This document shows positions 61,564 through 64,000 of a stretch of DNA of 64,000 nucleotides, piece by piece (position 1 is the stretch's first letter; each line of letters starts with the position of its first letter). Location of the stretch: positions 21,016-85,015 of IMG/VR virus record IMGVR_UViG_3300026549_000064; one strand, given 5' to 3'. Source of the stretch: a virus. Lineage: Duplodnaviria; Caudoviricetes. A program made the position numbers and the translations under genes. Under the pieces are notes generated by a model, which was not told the origin of the DNA, did no database searches, and saw only the letters and a list, made by a program, of their open reading frames with translations.

Positions 61564-62898
61564 TCATTGCGAGAAGATGCAGCCCTCTAGAGGGTTGCAT
61601 CTTGATATTGATAATAATAAGAGATGCAACCGCCGAAGCAGCTGCATCTGGTTTAATGATAAGATAATAAGAAGTGTTAAGCACCCCCCCCCCTCTACGT
61701 GCTTGTAGACGAGGCGAGAACCAGCGTCAATTGATGTAAATGTTTCAGCTATCATATCGTAAAAACGGCAAAATGCGCCATTATGTGCATTGTGCATCCA
61801 CGATCCTCCCCATATAGGAAGTGTCGTTAAATTACTAGTGATAGAAGTCATATCACACATATAAGTCGTTTCGCTACGATTTTCTGCAACGAAACTATTT
61901 CTATCAGGCATGAAAATGAATTTAGGTAAACCGGCGCATCTCGCTTGATATTCATAATGTTCAGTTTGATCTATTATATTTGTAGCAACTACCTCATATC
62001 CAGTTCCGCTGGTGTTATATTGATCTGCGTATTGCGCCATAAGTATATTATTAGTATCGGCTGTTTTAATACTACCGTCTTCATTATCCCAAATATTACC
62101 CCACCAATTTTCTATACCTAAACAGCATATAGCTGTTGTAGTACTATTTTTGTTAGTGGAGTGATTATTTAACCAGCCAAAGGTATTAGCTTCACCAGTA
62201 TTGTGGGTGTTACCAGTAGAAATGCCTTGCCCGATAGTAGCCTGTGAGTTAAAGTTTTTTGTAATTAAGAGATATATGCATTGTAGTAAAATGTTGTCGC
62301 AAATACCAGTGTGCGTGTAACCAGTGCCGCGATTAGTGGCCCACGTACGATATGTAGTAACAGTTTGCGATACTGATGGCGTTTTACCACTACTGCTGTA
62401 TAATTTGTTTCCAGTAGCGTATGCTTCATATCTACCGATGTAGATTTTGTCACAGTCGTTGTACTTATGTAAACTAAATGCTCTATAATCGTATCCTGCA
62501 CGATTAGGTGCAGTAGTAATAGTTATTTTAAGTTTATCTCGGTTGATCCACATGCAGTTAGTGCCCATACGGGGAACTTCTAGCATAACGTCGTTGCCTA
62601 AAGTGGTTATATCAGCAGCAGCTCCGTTGATCTGTTTAGCTACATTATCGGGATTGAGGTAATAGAGTACCTTGCCGTCTTTAAGTACGCAGAGCTTAAG
62701 CCCAAGTATATTGAACCAATCCAGGCTCATGGGTGCACGGTCTACATCGTCGGCATAAGAGATCATCCCGCCGGGATCACTTTTACTGAAATCGATGATA
62801 ACCGAATAGTGTTTACCAAGATTACCTGCATCTTTCTTCCGGACGTAGAATTTATCTACCATCTGCATGAAAGTTTTAATGATTTCGTTCAATGTCAT
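61564..62898 (-). CDS. CLec-fold (Mtd/FGE-sulfatase-like) putative receptor-binding protein; natural stop probably 61677
   Basis: IYIGRYEA, LGIENWWGNIWD, GGSW...GAF...GSRL motifs; a G10 tract makes the ORF run through the terminators. Confidence 0.7.
   Translation of the reverse strand: MTLNEIIKTFMQMVDKFYVRKKDAGNLGKHYSVIIDFSKSDPGGMISYADDVDRAPMSLDWFNILGLKLCVLKDGKVLYYLNPDNVAKQINGAAADITTLGNDVMLEVPRMGTNCMWINRDKLKITITTAPNRAGYDYRAFSLHKYNDCDKIYIGRYEAYATGNKLYSSSGKTPSVSQTVTTYRTWATNRGTGYTHTGICDNILLQCIYLLITKNFNSQATIGQGISTGNTHNTGEANTFGWLNNHSTNKNSTTTAICCLGIENWWGNIWDNEDGSIKTADTNNILMAQYADQYNTSGTGYEVVATNIIDQTEHYEYQARCAGLPKFIFMPDRNSFVAENRSETTYMCDMTSITSNLTTLPIWGGSWMHNAHNGAFCRFYDMIAETFTSIDAGSRLVYKHVEGGGCLTLLIILSLNQMQLLRRLHLLLLSISRCNPLEGCIFSQ
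61574..61650 (-). terminator. Tandem intrinsic terminator hairpins
   Basis: AGAUGCAGCUGC-UUCG-GCGGUUGCAUCU and GAUGCAACCCUCUAGAGGGCUGCAUC. Confidence 0.65.
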
Positions 62899-62952
62899 AA
62901 ATAAACTCCGAATTAAAATAGTTGCAAGTTATTACTAACTTGCAACTAGGGA

Positions 62953-63663
62953 TTAAATTATTTGGTCTACAGAATCTTTCACACGTTCAGGATCTACTTT
63001 ATTTAGATCTATTTCCCCATAGAATTTAAGTATACGCTTACAAATTTCCAGTATACCAGGGTGACCTTTGTACAGTGCTTCATCCAGAGGATCGTACAGC
63101 GAGATATGAGGCTTAGCTTCATCTATCTTGTTGATGATTTTCTCTTTCAGTTGGTCGTACAAAGATTTTCCAGTAAATCCCCATGCGATATTAGCAGCGT
63201 TGTTGGTTATTAGTTCACGCTGAATATCACAGTAAATGGAATCATAGCAGGTATATTTGTAAATAGTACATTTAGCACACATGTGTGGCTGTAACCAGAA
63301 TACGCTTTTACCGTCATCATCTTCGATAGTCATACAGCCGTGAGCAGCGTAGAGCATTCTAGGTTCTGTGGTCTTAGGCATGTATTCCAGTATAGCTCTG
63401 CAGTTACGTTTGGATTTAATGATATTCTTCCAAATGTACGCAGCCGCACCAGTTAAATCGAAGCAGATTCCGTATCTGCGTTTATAACATTCTTCAGGTG
63501 GAGCTAATTTAGTATTTTTATTATTTTCTTCAGTACTGTGATACTTAAATTCTTTCAGTATATTCTTAAGTTGAAATAACTCTTCGTAGATAGATTTAGG
63601 TTTTTCAGTCTTCTCTTCTTCAGCAGCTTGAAGATTTTCCATGTAAATACGGGCGATAGTCAT
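62953..63663 (-). CDS. Putative transglutaminase-like cysteine protease (236 aa)
   Basis: PEE...YGICFDL followed by AHG and FWLQ, a Cys-His pattern. Confidence 0.5.
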   Translation of the reverse strand: MTIARIYMENLQAAEEEKTEKPKSIYEELFQLKNILKEFKYHSTEENNKNTKLAPPEECYKRRYGICFDLTGAAAYIWKNIIKSKRNCRAILEYMPKTTEPRMLYAAHGCMTIEDDDGKSVFWLQPHMCAKCTIYKYTCYDSIYCDIQRELITNNAANIAWGFTGKSLYDQLKEKIINKIDEAKPHISLYDPLDEALYKGHPGILEICKRILKFYGEIDLNKVDPERVKDSVDQII

Positions 63664-63998
63664 TAGTCATTCTCCGTATTGTACGTGCCAAGTCGTACGT
63701 CTACCGGTACTCCATAGAGGATGGTAAAAGTACTGTCGACCAGTCTTAAGAACTCAACCAGCACAGTAGTTCCATTAAGCTTCCTGCTAGGATCTATCAG
63801 AGTCCATGCAGCACCGTAGTTATCAAGCTCTACCGGAGTAGAGATAAGTTGATCACCATTGGTACTGTCGCGAATGATGAAGTGAGTAGGCGCAGGAGGC
63901 TCAGTCTCAGTCTTGGTATCGAAGAACGGTCTGGCTTTAGTGTAGAAACTTTCGATAACAGCTTCCTTATTCTGGAAGACACTGGTAGGTATGAAGTA
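63663..63998 (-). CDS. C-terminal part of a virion protein (phiKZ gp130-like), truncated by the window edge
   Basis: Open frame FYTKARPFFD...EPPAPTHF...LYGVPV ending in a TAATG overlap. Confidence 0.6.
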   Translation of the reverse strand, partial: YFIPTSVFQNKEAVIESFYTKARPFFDTKTETEPPAPTHFIIRDSTNGDQLISTPVELDNYGAAWTLIDPSRKLNGTTVLVEFLRLVDSTFTILYGVPVDVRLGTYNTEND

Positions 63999-64000
63999 CT

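Noticed and set aside
61564-64000. Complete diversity-generating retroelement
   Set aside because: No reverse transcriptase or template repeat is visible in the window; only a candidate target is reported
1-64000. tRNA, rRNA or tmRNA genes; stop-codon reassignment
   Set aside because: No cloverleaf or T-loop signatures seen in intergenic DNA; very long ORFs and conserved C-termini fit the standard code

Overview
This window is a 64-kb segment of a phiKZ-like (Chimalliviridae-type) jumbo phage genome. It is AT-rich and uses the standard genetic code. The assignment rests on a phiKZ-type terminase large subunit, two subunits of phage multisubunit RNA polymerases (a virion RNAP beta-prime-like subunit and a non-virion RNAP beta N-terminal-like subunit), a 4472-aa tail/tape-measure-like protein with lysozyme and M15 peptidase domains, several large baseplate and virion proteins, and repeated TATATTAC-type early promoters. 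Accessory genes include an anaerobic class III ribonucleotide reductase with its activase (suggesting an anaerobic host), a Dam methylase, a shortened DUF2828 protein, HEXXH proteins and a CLec-fold receptor-binding candidate. Several features are missed by the ORF track: a 302-nt group IA2 intron splitting terL, a 199-aa Ala1 mini-intein at the NrdD catalytic Cys, a separate 55-aa glycyl-radical peptide gene, and a nucleotidyltransferase-like domain inserted in the virion RNAP subunit. Also missed are three hairpins sharing a GUAGCCA loop, two candidate structured ncRNAs and many promoter-gene-terminator mini-cassettes. No tRNA, rRNA or CRISPR array was seen. Assignments to phiKZ gene numbers come from recalled motifs and synteny, not from database searches.
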